NCBI GenBank assembly: GCA_963717465.1
Contig: OY970340.1
Coordinates: forward strand, 2,496,001 to 2,560,000
DNA from: Candidatus Bathyarchaeota archaeon
GTDB lineage: Archaea; Thermoproteota; Bathyarchaeia; Bathyarchaeales; Bathycorpusculaceae
Direction: 5' to 3'
Length of the DNA stretch: 64,000 nucleotides
The notes beneath the pieces were generated by a model. It worked only from the letters and a program-made list of their open reading frames with translations, did not search any database and was not told the origin of the DNA. Positions 1 to 9,037 of the stretch are shown here, in pieces. Positions within the stretch are counted from its first letter, which is position 1. Each line of letters opens with the position of its first letter. The translations under genes were made by a program, and so were the position numbers.

Positions 1-440
1 GCAGCCGACGCAAAGTTCGGACTGCCCGCTAACATGTGGAAGAAGCCAAGTCCTATGCCCAAGTTTGCAGCTCGACCGGTGCCAAAAAAGCCGCATAGTG
101 ATTCGCCACCGTACTTTGCAATAAGTTCCTTCGTTTTAGCGCCTATTTCACTACATGCCTGCTCCCAAGAGATTCTTTGCCATTTACCTTCACCTCGTTT
201 GCCAATGCGTTTAATTGGGTACATCGGCCTATCCTTATGGTAAATGTACTCTACACTGTATTTCCACTTCTGACAATAAGGCCCAGGATTAAAAGGGCTT
301 TCCCAGTCAGGCTCAACCTTGGTTATTTTACCGTTCTCAACAGTCTCAAGCAATTGACAAGATCCAGTACTGCAAAAACCGCAAACACATCTATGCAATC
401 CATCGTATGCTTTTGGGTCTTCAATTTTAGTTTCACTCAT
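1..440 (-). CDS. Molybdopterin oxidoreductase (DMSO reductase family) catalytic subunit, N-terminal part; runs off the window edge
   Basis: Not in the ORF track. Manual translation from ATG at 440: MSETKIEDPKAYDGLHRCVCGFCSTGSCQLLETVENGKITKVEPDWESPFNPGPYCQKWKYSVEYIYHKDRPMYPIKRIGKRGEGKWQRISWEQA... It has the FS0 Cys motif and the R-x-x-YP-x-KR-x-G-x-RGEGKW-x-RISW motif, with a GGAG SD upstream. Confidence 0.9.
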   Translation of the reverse strand, partial: MSETKIEDPKAYDGLHRCVCGFCSTGSCQLLETVENGKITKVEPDWESPFNPGPYCQKWKYSVEYIYHKDRPMYPIKRIGKRGEGKWQRISWEQACSEIGAKTKELIAKYGGESLCGFFGTGRAANLGIGLGFFHMLAGSPNFASA

Positions 441-649
441 TATTTTCTCTCCTATTTAACGAATACAAATTTTGATATATGTGGTCTAGTTGATATTAAG
501 CTAGATTATAAGCCAATTTTAGATTTTGCGACAAAAAAGGACATTTCAGTAAATAACATCGACATTATTGCAGAACAAATATTTCTCCTAACACAATGTT
601 GACCTCACACTTTTTTAATTACTAATGCAGCGTAAAAGCAGAATTAAAA

Positions 650-870
650 ATAACGAAGGCATCCTAGCGGGCAATGGCACAGACAATTCAGTGAGCATTA
701 CTTTCTCATAGCCTACAGGTGGCTAGAGAAAAGGGGATTGAGCTTCTCTATAGCCACCATCTAAAGGTGAACAGGTTACTTGTTTGACATCCCCATCCCT
801 GTCATAGCAGAATTCGACCATCAGGCGAATTTTCCTGCTCAGGTTTACCCACTTTAAGTTCCCGTTTTAT
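650..870. ncRNA. Candidate structured non-coding RNA or cis-regulatory leader
   Basis: GC-richer island in an AT-rich intergenic region with several nested inverted repeats and complementary loops (see findings). No ORF over 60 aa. Confidence 0.45.
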
Positions 871-914
871 TTAGCATGAAGGATCATTGATATTTAAATT
901 AAATTATGAAACTA

Positions 915-931
915 GTTGCAGTTTTTGCAAC
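915..931. promoter_or_regulatory. Palindromic operator-like site GTTGCA-N5-TGCAAC
   Basis: Perfect 6 bp inverted repeat between the divergent Mo-oxidoreductase and Lrp-family genes, near an AT-rich TATA-like sequence at ~891-900. Confidence 0.4.
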
Positions 932-1088
932 AAAATAGGCATTCATGTAATTGTTAGCCTACATTATTGCAGAGAGAATAGTTTTTATCAACATAATTGT
1001 TCAATTTATTATCTGCTCATATGGATATCGGCTTTTGCTAGCATATGAAATACAAAAACTTAAAACTGCCTTGTACATAGTATAGGGC

Positions 1089-1697
1089 ATGAGCCAATTT
1101 TTTAAAAGGCAAGATACCTCAGACATGAAAGTACCTGTAAACTTGAAAGTCCTATTTGCCCTTCTGGCGTTAGGTGGTAAAAGCGACAGGGAGATTGCTA
1201 AAAAACTAGGTATAAACAATTCGACATTATCTAGAAGAAGAAAGAAGCTTGAAGAAGAGGGTTACATAAAAGAGTATACATTATTGCCCGATTTCCACAA
1301 AATGGGGCTTGATATTATCGTTTTTTCATCCTGCTCAACTTCTGATGTGGTACCGACAGAAAATTCTAAGTATGTTCAAGAATTAGTCAATAAAATTCCC
1401 GAAATGCTGTGTCTTTTTGAAGACCATGATGTAGCGGGAACAAACTGGTTTGCCGTAACTGTACATAGGAATTATGATGAATTTGTAGAATTATACAAAA
1501 ATGTTATGGACGAAATAACATCCATGCATTTACATGTGCCACGTGTAGAATCGAAACGCCTCGTATTTCATACGAACAAACTGTATCCAAAACCTTTCTC
1601 ACTGCGACAATTGAATGTTATATTTCAAAACAAGAGAAGTTTTGAGCAACCTCAGCGCAGGAAGCATGACACTAAAATAACAACTGCTGATGCCTAA
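1089..1697 (+). CDS. Lrp/AsnC family transcriptional regulator
   Basis: N-terminal HTH SDREIAKKLGINNSTLSRRRKKLEEEGYIKEYT, followed by a PD..K.G linker. Confidence 0.85.
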   Translation: MSQFFKRQDTSDMKVPVNLKVLFALLALGGKSDREIAKKLGINNSTLSRRRKKLEEEGYIKEYTLLPDFHKMGLDIIVFSSCSTSDVVPTENSKYVQELVNKIPEMLCLFEDHDVAGTNWFAVTVHRNYDEFVELYKNVMDEITSMHLHVPRVESKRLVFHTNKLYPKPFSLRQLNVIFQNKRSFEQPQRRKHDTKITTADA

Positions 1698-1875
1698 AAA
1701 GGCTGCCATGGAACCTGCAAGTGAAAAGTTACAAGTGAATTTATAGTAAATACTGTGTTTCACAATACTCCAGAAGAATCGCTTATTCCTAGGATAGCCC
1801 TTTAAAAACAGCATTGTTAAGAAATGAATTTAAGGCTAAAAATAGACTTGTTATTAATATATTTGGTGTCATTTT

Positions 1876-2523
1876 TTGGTTAAAAGAAAAATCGTCAATA
1901 TAGACCCGTCACTCTGCAACGGTTGCGGAGCATGCATTCCTAAATGCGCTGAAGGTGCGCTGCAAATGGTTAACGGAAAGGCAACAATTGTCAAAGAGAC
2001 CTACTGCGATGGGTTAGGCGCTTGTCTTGGTCATTGTCCTCAAGGAGCTATAACGATCACTGAGAGAGAAGCTCCACAATTTAACGAGAAAGAAGTGCAT
2101 GAATACTTGAAAAACAAACAGCAACGGGGAAGCAAAGGCTTATTAATTCAAGACTCTGTGAATCCGCAATGGCCAATTAAGTTAAATCTAGTGCCCGTTA
2201 AAGCTCCCTTTTTTGAAAATGCTGACTTGTTAATCGCAGCAGATTGCGCTCCAGTTGCATTCAAGCAATTCCAGGATAAATTGTTACCAGGCAAAAAGAT
2301 TGTTATTGGATGCCCTAAATTTGATGACGCCAGAGCTTATGCACAAAAATTCTCTGAGATATTGAAACAAAACAATATAGCAAGCATCACAATAGCCCAT
2401 ATGGAAGTGCCCTGTTGCAGCGCGTTAAATTGGGTTGTAGCTAAAGCGTTGGAAACATCAGGCAAGAAAATTCCAGTTAAAGAATATGAGATAACAGTGA
2501 AGGGAGGAATAAATGAGCTCTGA
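1876..2523 (+). CDS. 4Fe-4S dicluster ferredoxin-domain protein
   Basis: CNGCGACIPKC and CDGLGACLGHCP, plus C-terminal QWP / ADC / GCPK / MEVPCC motifs. Confidence 0.85.
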   Translation: MVKRKIVNIDPSLCNGCGACIPKCAEGALQMVNGKATIVKETYCDGLGACLGHCPQGAITITEREAPQFNEKEVHEYLKNKQQRGSKGLLIQDSVNPQWPIKLNLVPVKAPFFENADLLIAADCAPVAFKQFQDKLLPGKKIVIGCPKFDDARAYAQKFSEILKQNNIASITIAHMEVPCCSALNWVVAKALETSGKKIPVKEYEITVKGGINEL

Positions 2524-2770
2524 AGAAAAAAAGTCGTCAGAGAAAAATCCTCAAATATGTCCGGGTTTGAAAGACTTGCTTCAGCCTAAACCATCATATA
2601 TAAAGTGTCATGTTTGCGGTGGCGATTTAGAGATTTGGAGTGATGAAGATAAAACTACGTGCCCCGAATGCGGAGCTGAATGGAAGCGCCCAGATAAAAG
2701 TGGAGCTTGCCTAGAGTACTGTGAACACGCAGACAAGTGTAGGGCAATAATTAACTCAAGAAAGTATTGA
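2513..2770 (+). CDS. Small Cys-rich (zinc ribbon-like) protein
   Basis: CHVC, CPEC and CLEYCEHADKC motifs. Overlaps the upstream stop and has a GGAGG SD. Confidence 0.75.
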   Translation: MSSEEKKSSEKNPQICPGLKDLLQPKPSYIKCHVCGGDLEIWSDEDKTTCPECGAEWKRPDKSGACLEYCEHADKCRAIINSRKY

Positions 2771-2800
2771 ATAAACAGAAAATTATAGGCAGGTGTATGG

Positions 2801-3889
2801 TTGAACCGCTTTGAAGAAAGACGCAAAAGAACACAAGAATTAATGGTTGAAAAGGGTGTTGCCGCATTACAGGTAACAAGTCGAGAAAACTACTATTATC
2901 TAACAGGAGACATCAGAAACGTTGCACGGTTATTTCTTCCTCAACAAGGCGACCCAACAATAATTGTTTTTGATGAGGAGGTTGAGGATGCAAAAAAGGC
3001 GTCGGGAATTTCAGATGTCAGAGGCTGGCGTACTCCAGCACAACTTATGCAGCATTTCTTTCAAGCAGTAAAAGAGCACGGCGTTGCTGATAAAAAAGTG
3101 GGTTTTTGCATTCATTCTAACCCAGGCTTTCTCGTATACAAGTTTTTGAAGTCAAACTCAAAAATGCAGATTATCGAAAACGAGGAAATTCTCATGCCAC
3201 TTCGTTACGCTAAGGATAACGAGGAGTTGGAAGCAATGAGGAGAGCTGCAAAGGCAGCTGATAAGGGCATTGAAGCAGCAATCGCAGCAGTTAAGCCTGG
3301 TGCAACAGAAATTGACGTTGCCGCGGAAGCCGAGTACGCCATGCGCAAAAGTGGAACAATGCGTTATGGCTCAAGCACATTTGTGGACAGCGGCCCTCAC
3401 TCGATTTATTTGCATGGTGGAACTACGCATAGAAAGATTGAGGCTGGAGACTTAGTGGTTATCGACGTGCATCCAGTCGTAGATATGTACTCAGCAGACT
3501 GCGCCCGAACAGTGGTATGCGGTCAAATTTCAGAAAAGCAAAAAGAACTAATTAAAACATACGACACGATCCAAAAAGCAATTATTCAAAACATAAAGCC
3601 CGGCTGGAAAGTAGGTCAAGTAACCTCTGCCTTTAACGAAGCTTTCACAGCCAAAGGTTTTGGAAACGTTTGGATTCCAGGTCCCGTTCACGGCGTTGGC
3701 TTAGAGTTTGAAGAATGGCCTCATCCAAGCCACTACGGTGGACACCTTCAACTTGAAATCGGCGAAAACTGGACCTTAGCTATCGGCCACAGCATACTCC
3801 CAGTAAAGAACGTGGGCGGAGTAAAACTTGAAGACACAATACAAATTACTCCAGATGGCGGAAAAAGCCTAACTCAAGCGCCAACATAG
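2801..3889 (+). CDS. Xaa-Pro peptidase, M24 family
   Basis: Creatinase N domain plus M24 metal ligands (IDVH, SADCART, HGVGLE, GVKLED). Confidence 0.9.
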   Translation: MNRFEERRKRTQELMVEKGVAALQVTSRENYYYLTGDIRNVARLFLPQQGDPTIIVFDEEVEDAKKASGISDVRGWRTPAQLMQHFFQAVKEHGVADKKVGFCIHSNPGFLVYKFLKSNSKMQIIENEEILMPLRYAKDNEELEAMRRAAKAADKGIEAAIAAVKPGATEIDVAAEAEYAMRKSGTMRYGSSTFVDSGPHSIYLHGGTTHRKIEAGDLVVIDVHPVVDMYSADCARTVVCGQISEKQKELIKTYDTIQKAIIQNIKPGWKVGQVTSAFNEAFTAKGFGNVWIPGPVHGVGLEFEEWPHPSHYGGHLQLEIGENWTLAIGHSILPVKNVGGVKLEDTIQITPDGGKSLTQAPT

Positions 3890-3962
3890 CGACAAATGCA
3901 ACGTGCGGGAAAGATTGCGAGAAATCAGGAAATAATCAATGTTTTTCTGATTTTATTGGGTA

Positions 3963-4286
3963 CTATACTTCAAGTTTTATCCATATTTTGCCTGATTTTT
4001 TTTTCCACGCGATCTTGGTCAAAGTAAACCCTTTTTGTTCCGCGTATTCCCCGGTTCTAAGGTCAAATCGCCATTCGTGACAAGGGCAAACAATAACGTA
4101 GCCATCCAGTGTACCACCTGAGAGAAGACAGCTCATGTGTGGGCAACGATTATCAAATGCAAAAATTTTCCCGTTAACTTTTGTAAGCAGGATAGGGGTA
4201 CCTTCAACTTTAACTGGCTTCATCGAACCTTCTTGGAGTTCGCTTTCGTCCAAAACTGGCAGGAAAGAGCTATGATCATTAGCCAA
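3963..4286 (-). CDS. Rieske [2Fe-2S] ferredoxin
   Basis: CPH...CPCH Rieske motifs and FDLRTG. Confidence 0.9.
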   Translation of the reverse strand: MANDHSSFLPVLDESELQEGSMKPVKVEGTPILLTKVNGKIFAFDNRCPHMSCLLSGGTLDGYVIVCPCHEWRFDLRTGEYAEQKGFTLTKIAWKKKSGKIWIKLEV

Positions 4287-4310
4287 ATTGACTAAGCCTC
4301 TAAGTATATT

Positions 4311-4955
4311 TTAAGTCTTTACTCGTTGGAACAGCGTGTAGATATATGGTCTTGGGTCGCCTGAAGGCATGTGATATAGATAATCGAAGTACTCGATTAA
4401 TATAAAATCGTTTCCCAAGAATTCTGAAAGCATGTTCTGGTCATACCGCTTAACGTTTAGGCCTGCACACATTTCTGCTCCACTTAACGAAAATGTAGAA
4501 ATGATCACGTAACCGTTTTTCTTGACAGCGCCTTTAAGCGTAGCTAAGTATCCTTGCCTATCCTTTTCATCTGTGAAAAAATGCAACAACGCCCTGTCAT
4601 GCCACACAGCAATGTCGCTAAAAACACTCTTTTGATTGGGCGAAGTAACGTCATCTAAAACAAACTTCACTAATGAAGCCTTTTCACATAACCTACTCTT
4701 CAGCTTGCTCACAGCAACTTCACTTATATCAACAGCAACTATTTTTTTAAAACCTTTTTCAACAAGGCAGTCAACGAGCTTGCTTGCGCCAGCACCAACA
4801 CACAAAATCGAATCGTCAATTTTAATATTACATTTAGACAAGAGCTTTAAACACGAATTCGGAGTCTCCTCATACCAACCTAGCTCGTTTACTTCATAAC
4901 ATTTGTAGATTGAATCCCAATGATCTCTCATCTGACTGCACATTAATGTCGCCAC
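4311..4955 (-). CDS. Class I SAM-dependent methyltransferase
   Basis: HWDSIY, VGAGAS, VDIS and WHDRA.LHF motifs. The start may be the later Met (MRDHW). Confidence 0.85.
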   Translation of the reverse strand: MATLMCSQMRDHWDSIYKCYEVNELGWYEETPNSCLKLLSKCNIKIDDSILCVGAGASKLVDCLVEKGFKKIVAVDISEVAVSKLKSRLCEKASLVKFVLDDVTSPNQKSVFSDIAVWHDRALLHFFTDEKDRQGYLATLKGAVKKNGYVIISTFSLSGAEMCAGLNVKRYDQNMLSEFLGNDFILIEYFDYLYHMPSGDPRPYIYTLFQRVKT

Positions 4956-5108
4956 TATGATTCATGAACAAATAGTATCTAAAATGTTTCGGAGACAATG
5001 CAATTCACGATTAAACATTGCATAAGAATTGCTAGGTAGATAAGCAGGAAATGCAAAATATCTAGACAAGAGCTATGTTAAAATAATTCACATCTTTAGG
5101 GGGTAGGT

Positions 5109-5133
5109 TCATGTCTGCAAAAAGCAGACATGA
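5109..5133. terminator. Perfect 10 bp hairpin downstream of padR
   Basis: TCATGTCTGC-AAAAA-GCAGACATGA. Function not established. Confidence 0.35.
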
Positions 5134-5181
5134 GGGGGGTTAATTGAGATAGTGTACTTAGTGTAGTGTAGTATAGGGTTC

Positions 5182-5565
5182 TTATTGCATGGTTGTTTTA
5201 GCAAGCATTTTGGGGTTGGCTTGAATGGTAACATGTGATGTGTCCGTTGAGTTTAATTTATGCATTACCATGGTTAGTGAGTTTTCTGTGAAGTTTAGCA
5301 TTGCTTGGCCTTCGTTGGTTAGGTGGTAGACTTTTCTTGGTCGTTCATAGGTCATGTCCCATTTGCTTTCGATGTATTTTTTCTTTTCCAAGCTGGACAA
5401 TAGCGGGTATATGGTGCTGGGGCCGAAGTAGACGCCGAAGCTTTTGCGTATTTTAAGGATGATTTCGTATCCATGCATGGGCTGTGAGTTTAATAGCTGA
5501 AGCGTTATTAGGTCTAGTAAGCCTTTTGTAAGTTTTACTTGGACTTCTTTTTGATTATTTATCAT
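5182..5565 (-). CDS. PadR family transcriptional regulator
   Basis: PMHGYEI...GPSTIYPLL..LEKK...RPRKVYHLT.EG. The likely start is ATG 5565 (GGAG SD), not 5658. Confidence 0.9.
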   Translation of the reverse strand: MINNQKEVQVKLTKGLLDLITLQLLNSQPMHGYEIILKIRKSFGVYFGPSTIYPLLSSLEKKKYIESKWDMTYERPRKVYHLTNEGQAMLNFTENSLTMVMHKLNSTDTSHVTIQANPKMLAKTTMQ

Positions 5566-5906
5566 TTTTCTTGTGCTCCTCCAACTTTCATCTATATGCT
5601 GTATTGAGTCACTATAGTGCATAAAGGCAGATTTAAAAGCTCGCACATAACCAAGCAATACCAGAATAGCTCAGAAACAAGAATATGTAGCAAAAAACAG
5701 TATTTTCACTCATTAAATACATCCAAAAACTGTTAAATCAGGCATGCTTCAATTCAGGATTGAACTGTACAACAAGCCAACAAAAAACTACAAAAAGCCC
5801 ATTGCCTTTGGCAGAATATAAAGCTAAATATGCAACAGTTTTAGCCTAAACTTGATCTGTAGAACAAAACAACAACTTACTGCAGCCCTTAAATTAATCT
5901 TTTAAT

Positions 5907-5984
5907 TGGTGGGCCCGGCCGGATTTGAACCGGCGACCAACAGATTATGAGTCTGGCGCTCTGGCCTGACTGAGCTACGGGCCC
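5907..5984 (-). tRNA. tRNA with CAT anticodon, probably tRNA-Ile2 (agmatidine-modified)
   Basis: GGGCCCG TA GCTC AGTCAGGCCA GAGC G CCAGA CTCATAA TCTGT TGGTC GCCGG TTCAAAT CCGGC CGGGCCC A CCA. The GGGCCCG acceptor stem is typical of archaeal Ile rather than Met. CCA is encoded. Confidence 0.9.
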
Positions 5985-6077
5985 AAATCCGCTGCTCTCA
6001 TTTATTGCTGTTTCCAACAGAATTTAAACGTTTTTCCCTACAATAGTAAGCTAAAGCATGTCCACTGTTTAAGTTGG

Positions 6078-8051
6078 TTATTGTTTTAAGGCTTGGTTTT
6101 TGTCTTTGGCAATTTTGCTTATGCCATGGCTGGTTTTGTCCCAGTAGAAGGGTTTGTAAACAAGTTGTATGAGTCCACGCCATGAAGCTATGCTGATAAG
6201 CGCCCAATAGATGGGCATAAGAAGTGATACGGGTATTAGTCGAGTTTTTTTGAGGCTCATGCACGCCATGAGGTACATCAACACGTATGTTAAATTGCCA
6301 ACAAAAAGGTTAAAGATGCAAATTGGCATAAGATAACTTGGAACTAACCCGGCGATTAAGTAAGGTGCAACGATAGAAACTGCCAGAATGCCCCATAGCA
6401 CAGGATTTATTGGTGACATAAATATTCCTGCGCCAAATGTTAATTGAAATTTAAGATATTGCTTTAAACTCAGGTCCTGCTGGAGTTTTCTTGGATTTCT
6501 CATGTGAACCAAGTAGGTTTGCACGTGACCTTTATACCAACGGGCTCGTTGGCGAATCCAGCTTCTGACATTCACGGTTGCTTCTTCAAACGTGTATGTG
6601 TCTATAACCTGGGTCTTGAATTTTTGTCTGGAAATTCTTATTCCGATGTCTGCATCTTCAGTCACGTTGTAAGGGTCCCATCTGCCAAGCTCGTTTAGTT
6701 TGCTTATGCGAAAATGGTTACTTGTTCCACCAAGCGGTATAGGCGCGTTGAAGTAGTCTAAGCCGCTGATGTAAAATTCGTACCAGTACCCATACTCAAT
6801 TGAGAAAAATCTTGTGAGCAAATTCTCTTGGGAATTATAGAAGTTGAGTTTAGATTGAAGGCAAACGACGTCTTCTTTTGAATTCATAAAAATGGTGGCG
6901 ACTTTTCGAAGCTGATCAGGGTCTGGGTCATCTTCAGCGTCGTAGATAACGCAGAGTTCACCTTTTGACCTGAGTAGTCCATAGTTGCATGCTCTGGGCT
7001 TGGTGGTTACCTCAGTATTAGGGATAATAATTGGATCTACGACCTTGAGGAACTCATGATATTCCTCCTGTGATACGCCCTCTATAATTTCTTTAGGAGA
7101 ACCAAATAACCCGAGTCTTTTTGCTGCCTCGATTGTTTCTTTATCTTTTTCTTCCATTAGAATTTTGATATCCAGCTTTTCTTTGGGATAGTCGAGGTTG
7201 TAGAGGTTTTTTAGCAGTTGTGGCAGAACACTTGCTTCATGAAAAACCGGTGTGAGAATGGTATAAATCGGCAGGTCCTTGTCGCAAACCCATTGAAGAT
7301 CATCTTTCTTTATTTTTCTGATTTGTCTTGATTTGCTAATGCCTTTCAGTGAAATGAAAATCTTTATGGGATTAACGACAAAGTACGCGATATTTATTAT
7401 TCCAAAGAGAACCATAAAAGTTACCAATGAATTTATAACAGCACAAATGGCAACTGTAGCTATCATTGCTAACAAGAAGTACTTTTGTTTGGGGTACAAC
7501 ACTCTATACGCTGACTGATCAGGCGTTCTATTGAATAGATCGAACATTGCTTCTTTCTTGTGGATTTTGCTGTAGAGATTCTCTATTGCCCACTCAATCG
7601 CCCGTGAAGACGCCACATGCAAATGCGTTGTTCTGTTTCCAACAAGCAGTTTAAGCAACATGTCAACTCTGGGGTCAAGAGGGTTTGAAACAGCCAGCTT
7701 CACCGTATCTTGGCTTATTTCCAATGGAATAATTTCATACTTGGAGATGACAGGGTAAGGCAGGATTGATAATAGTTGGCTATTTCTATCGTTAGCGTAA
7801 ATCTTGCGTATTCGAGCGAAATCCAGAAAAGGCATGCCATGTATTTCGGCGAGATCTTTGAAGAACGCTTCAGGTATATTTATTTTGGCGGCCTTCAATG
7901 TTGGGATGATATCTTTAACTTGAACTTCAGGCTTTTCTACTGAATTAGTGCGGACTTTATGCTTTTTTAGCAGGTTTATTACTTGTTCTTTATCGTTTGA
8001 TACCGCATAATCTTGAATAATGACATAGTTATCAGTGACGGCATGCTGCAT
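6078..8051 (-). CDS. Family 2 glycosyltransferase with N-terminal GspE/PilB N-terminal-like domain
   Basis: TKPRACNYG, IYDAED, GGTSNHF, VTEDAD and QRARW processive GT2 motifs, plus TM helices. N-terminus contains IIPL...LAVSNPLD. Confidence 0.85.
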   Translation of the reverse strand: MQHAVTDNYVIIQDYAVSNDKEQVINLLKKHKVRTNSVEKPEVQVKDIIPTLKAAKINIPEAFFKDLAEIHGMPFLDFARIRKIYANDRNSQLLSILPYPVISKYEIIPLEISQDTVKLAVSNPLDPRVDMLLKLLVGNRTTHLHVASSRAIEWAIENLYSKIHKKEAMFDLFNRTPDQSAYRVLYPKQKYFLLAMIATVAICAVINSLVTFMVLFGIINIAYFVVNPIKIFISLKGISKSRQIRKIKKDDLQWVCDKDLPIYTILTPVFHEASVLPQLLKNLYNLDYPKEKLDIKILMEEKDKETIEAAKRLGLFGSPKEIIEGVSQEEYHEFLKVVDPIIIPNTEVTTKPRACNYGLLRSKGELCVIYDAEDDPDPDQLRKVATIFMNSKEDVVCLQSKLNFYNSQENLLTRFFSIEYGYWYEFYISGLDYFNAPIPLGGTSNHFRISKLNELGRWDPYNVTEDADIGIRISRQKFKTQVIDTYTFEEATVNVRSWIRQRARWYKGHVQTYLVHMRNPRKLQQDLSLKQYLKFQLTFGAGIFMSPINPVLWGILAVSIVAPYLIAGLVPSYLMPICIFNLFVGNLTYVLMYLMACMSLKKTRLIPVSLLMPIYWALISIASWRGLIQLVYKPFYWDKTSHGISKIAKDKNQALKQ

Positions 8052-8173
8052 TGTTCTTTTCTCTTTTTGCTAAAAGTCTACTGGGGTCAGCAAAATAATA
8101 TGATTGTGCATGCATCGTTAAGATTACAGGTCTACATTCAAAAGCAAACGATGCATTAAACAGCCAATAGACT

Positions 8174-9031
8174 TCATGTTGAGCGTTCGTAGTGATACAA
8201 ATATTCTTGAGCATAACCAGCATACTCGCCAAAATAATTTCTTCCAAAGACACTCAACTGCTCATATTCACTATTGCTTAACGACTTATGGCTTGACAGT
8301 TTCTTAACATATGCCTCAGGGAAGCAGTGACCATAATGCCTAAGCATTATGCGTTTAACCCAAACATCGATTGGAAAAGCTTCCTTTTTACCAAGCGAGA
8401 AAAGCAAAACACAATCAGCTACTTTAAAGCCTACACCGGGAAAAGTTACGAGCAATTTTTTCGCTTGCAGGTAAGGCATATTTTTCAAGTCTTCAAGGTT
8501 AATTTTTTCATCGCGAATCTTTTTTGACAAGGCATGGACATATTTGGCTCTGTAACCTAAGCCGCACTCTCGCAATCCATTTTCACTGGCATTAGCCAAT
8601 TTGTCAATTGTTGGGAGAGCGTAGAAGTCTAAACCGTCAAAATTTATTTTTTCACCGTATTTTTCGGCAATGTTGTTGAGCATGTGTTTTATGGCTGCGA
8701 TACTCTTGTATGTTGCACAAACAAAAGAGATAAGGCACTCCCAAGGGTCTTGGCGAATAATTCTTAAGCCCTCAAACTGCTTCAAAGCTTTCCTTATGTA
8801 ATCGTCTTTGCCGATGCTATTGGCGATTTTTTCCAGATCATCGTTCAAACCAAAATAGTTCCGAATCAAATTTTCAGAAGCATTCTCAAACTCTAATTCA
8901 TTTTCAACTTGGTGTATTTTAACAACTTGATTCTTAACGACTCCAAACCACCATTCACCTTTTCGTGTCCACCTAAAAACTTGACCACAGCAAAGCGTGA
9001 AATTCAAATCGAAAGCTACATCAAGCCTCAA
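8174..9031 (-). CDS. ogg: 8-oxoguanine DNA glycosylase (OGG1-type)
   Basis: TLCCGQVFRW, GLRIIRQDPWECLISF, GLGYRAKY, HhH PGVGFKVADC, FPIDVW, YAGYAQEYLY. Confidence 0.9.
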   Translation of the reverse strand: MRLDVAFDLNFTLCCGQVFRWTRKGEWWFGVVKNQVVKIHQVENELEFENASENLIRNYFGLNDDLEKIANSIGKDDYIRKALKQFEGLRIIRQDPWECLISFVCATYKSIAAIKHMLNNIAEKYGEKINFDGLDFYALPTIDKLANASENGLRECGLGYRAKYVHALSKKIRDEKINLEDLKNMPYLQAKKLLVTFPGVGFKVADCVLLFSLGKKEAFPIDVWVKRIMLRHYGHCFPEAYVKKLSSHKSLSNSEYEQLSVFGRNYFGEYAGYAQEYLYHYERST

Positions 9032-9037
9032 ATTTGT

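Noticed and set aside
34..602. + strand ORFs 34-243 and 177-602
   Set aside because: Antisense shadows of the Mo-oxidoreductase gene.
650..870. Assignment of the structured element to a Moco or cobalamin riboswitch, hammerhead ribozyme, SRP RNA or RNase P RNA
   Set aside because: Only short resemblances (GGGAA, GCCAC.TG, CTGATGG). The conserved cores are not present in the right order, so it is left unassigned.
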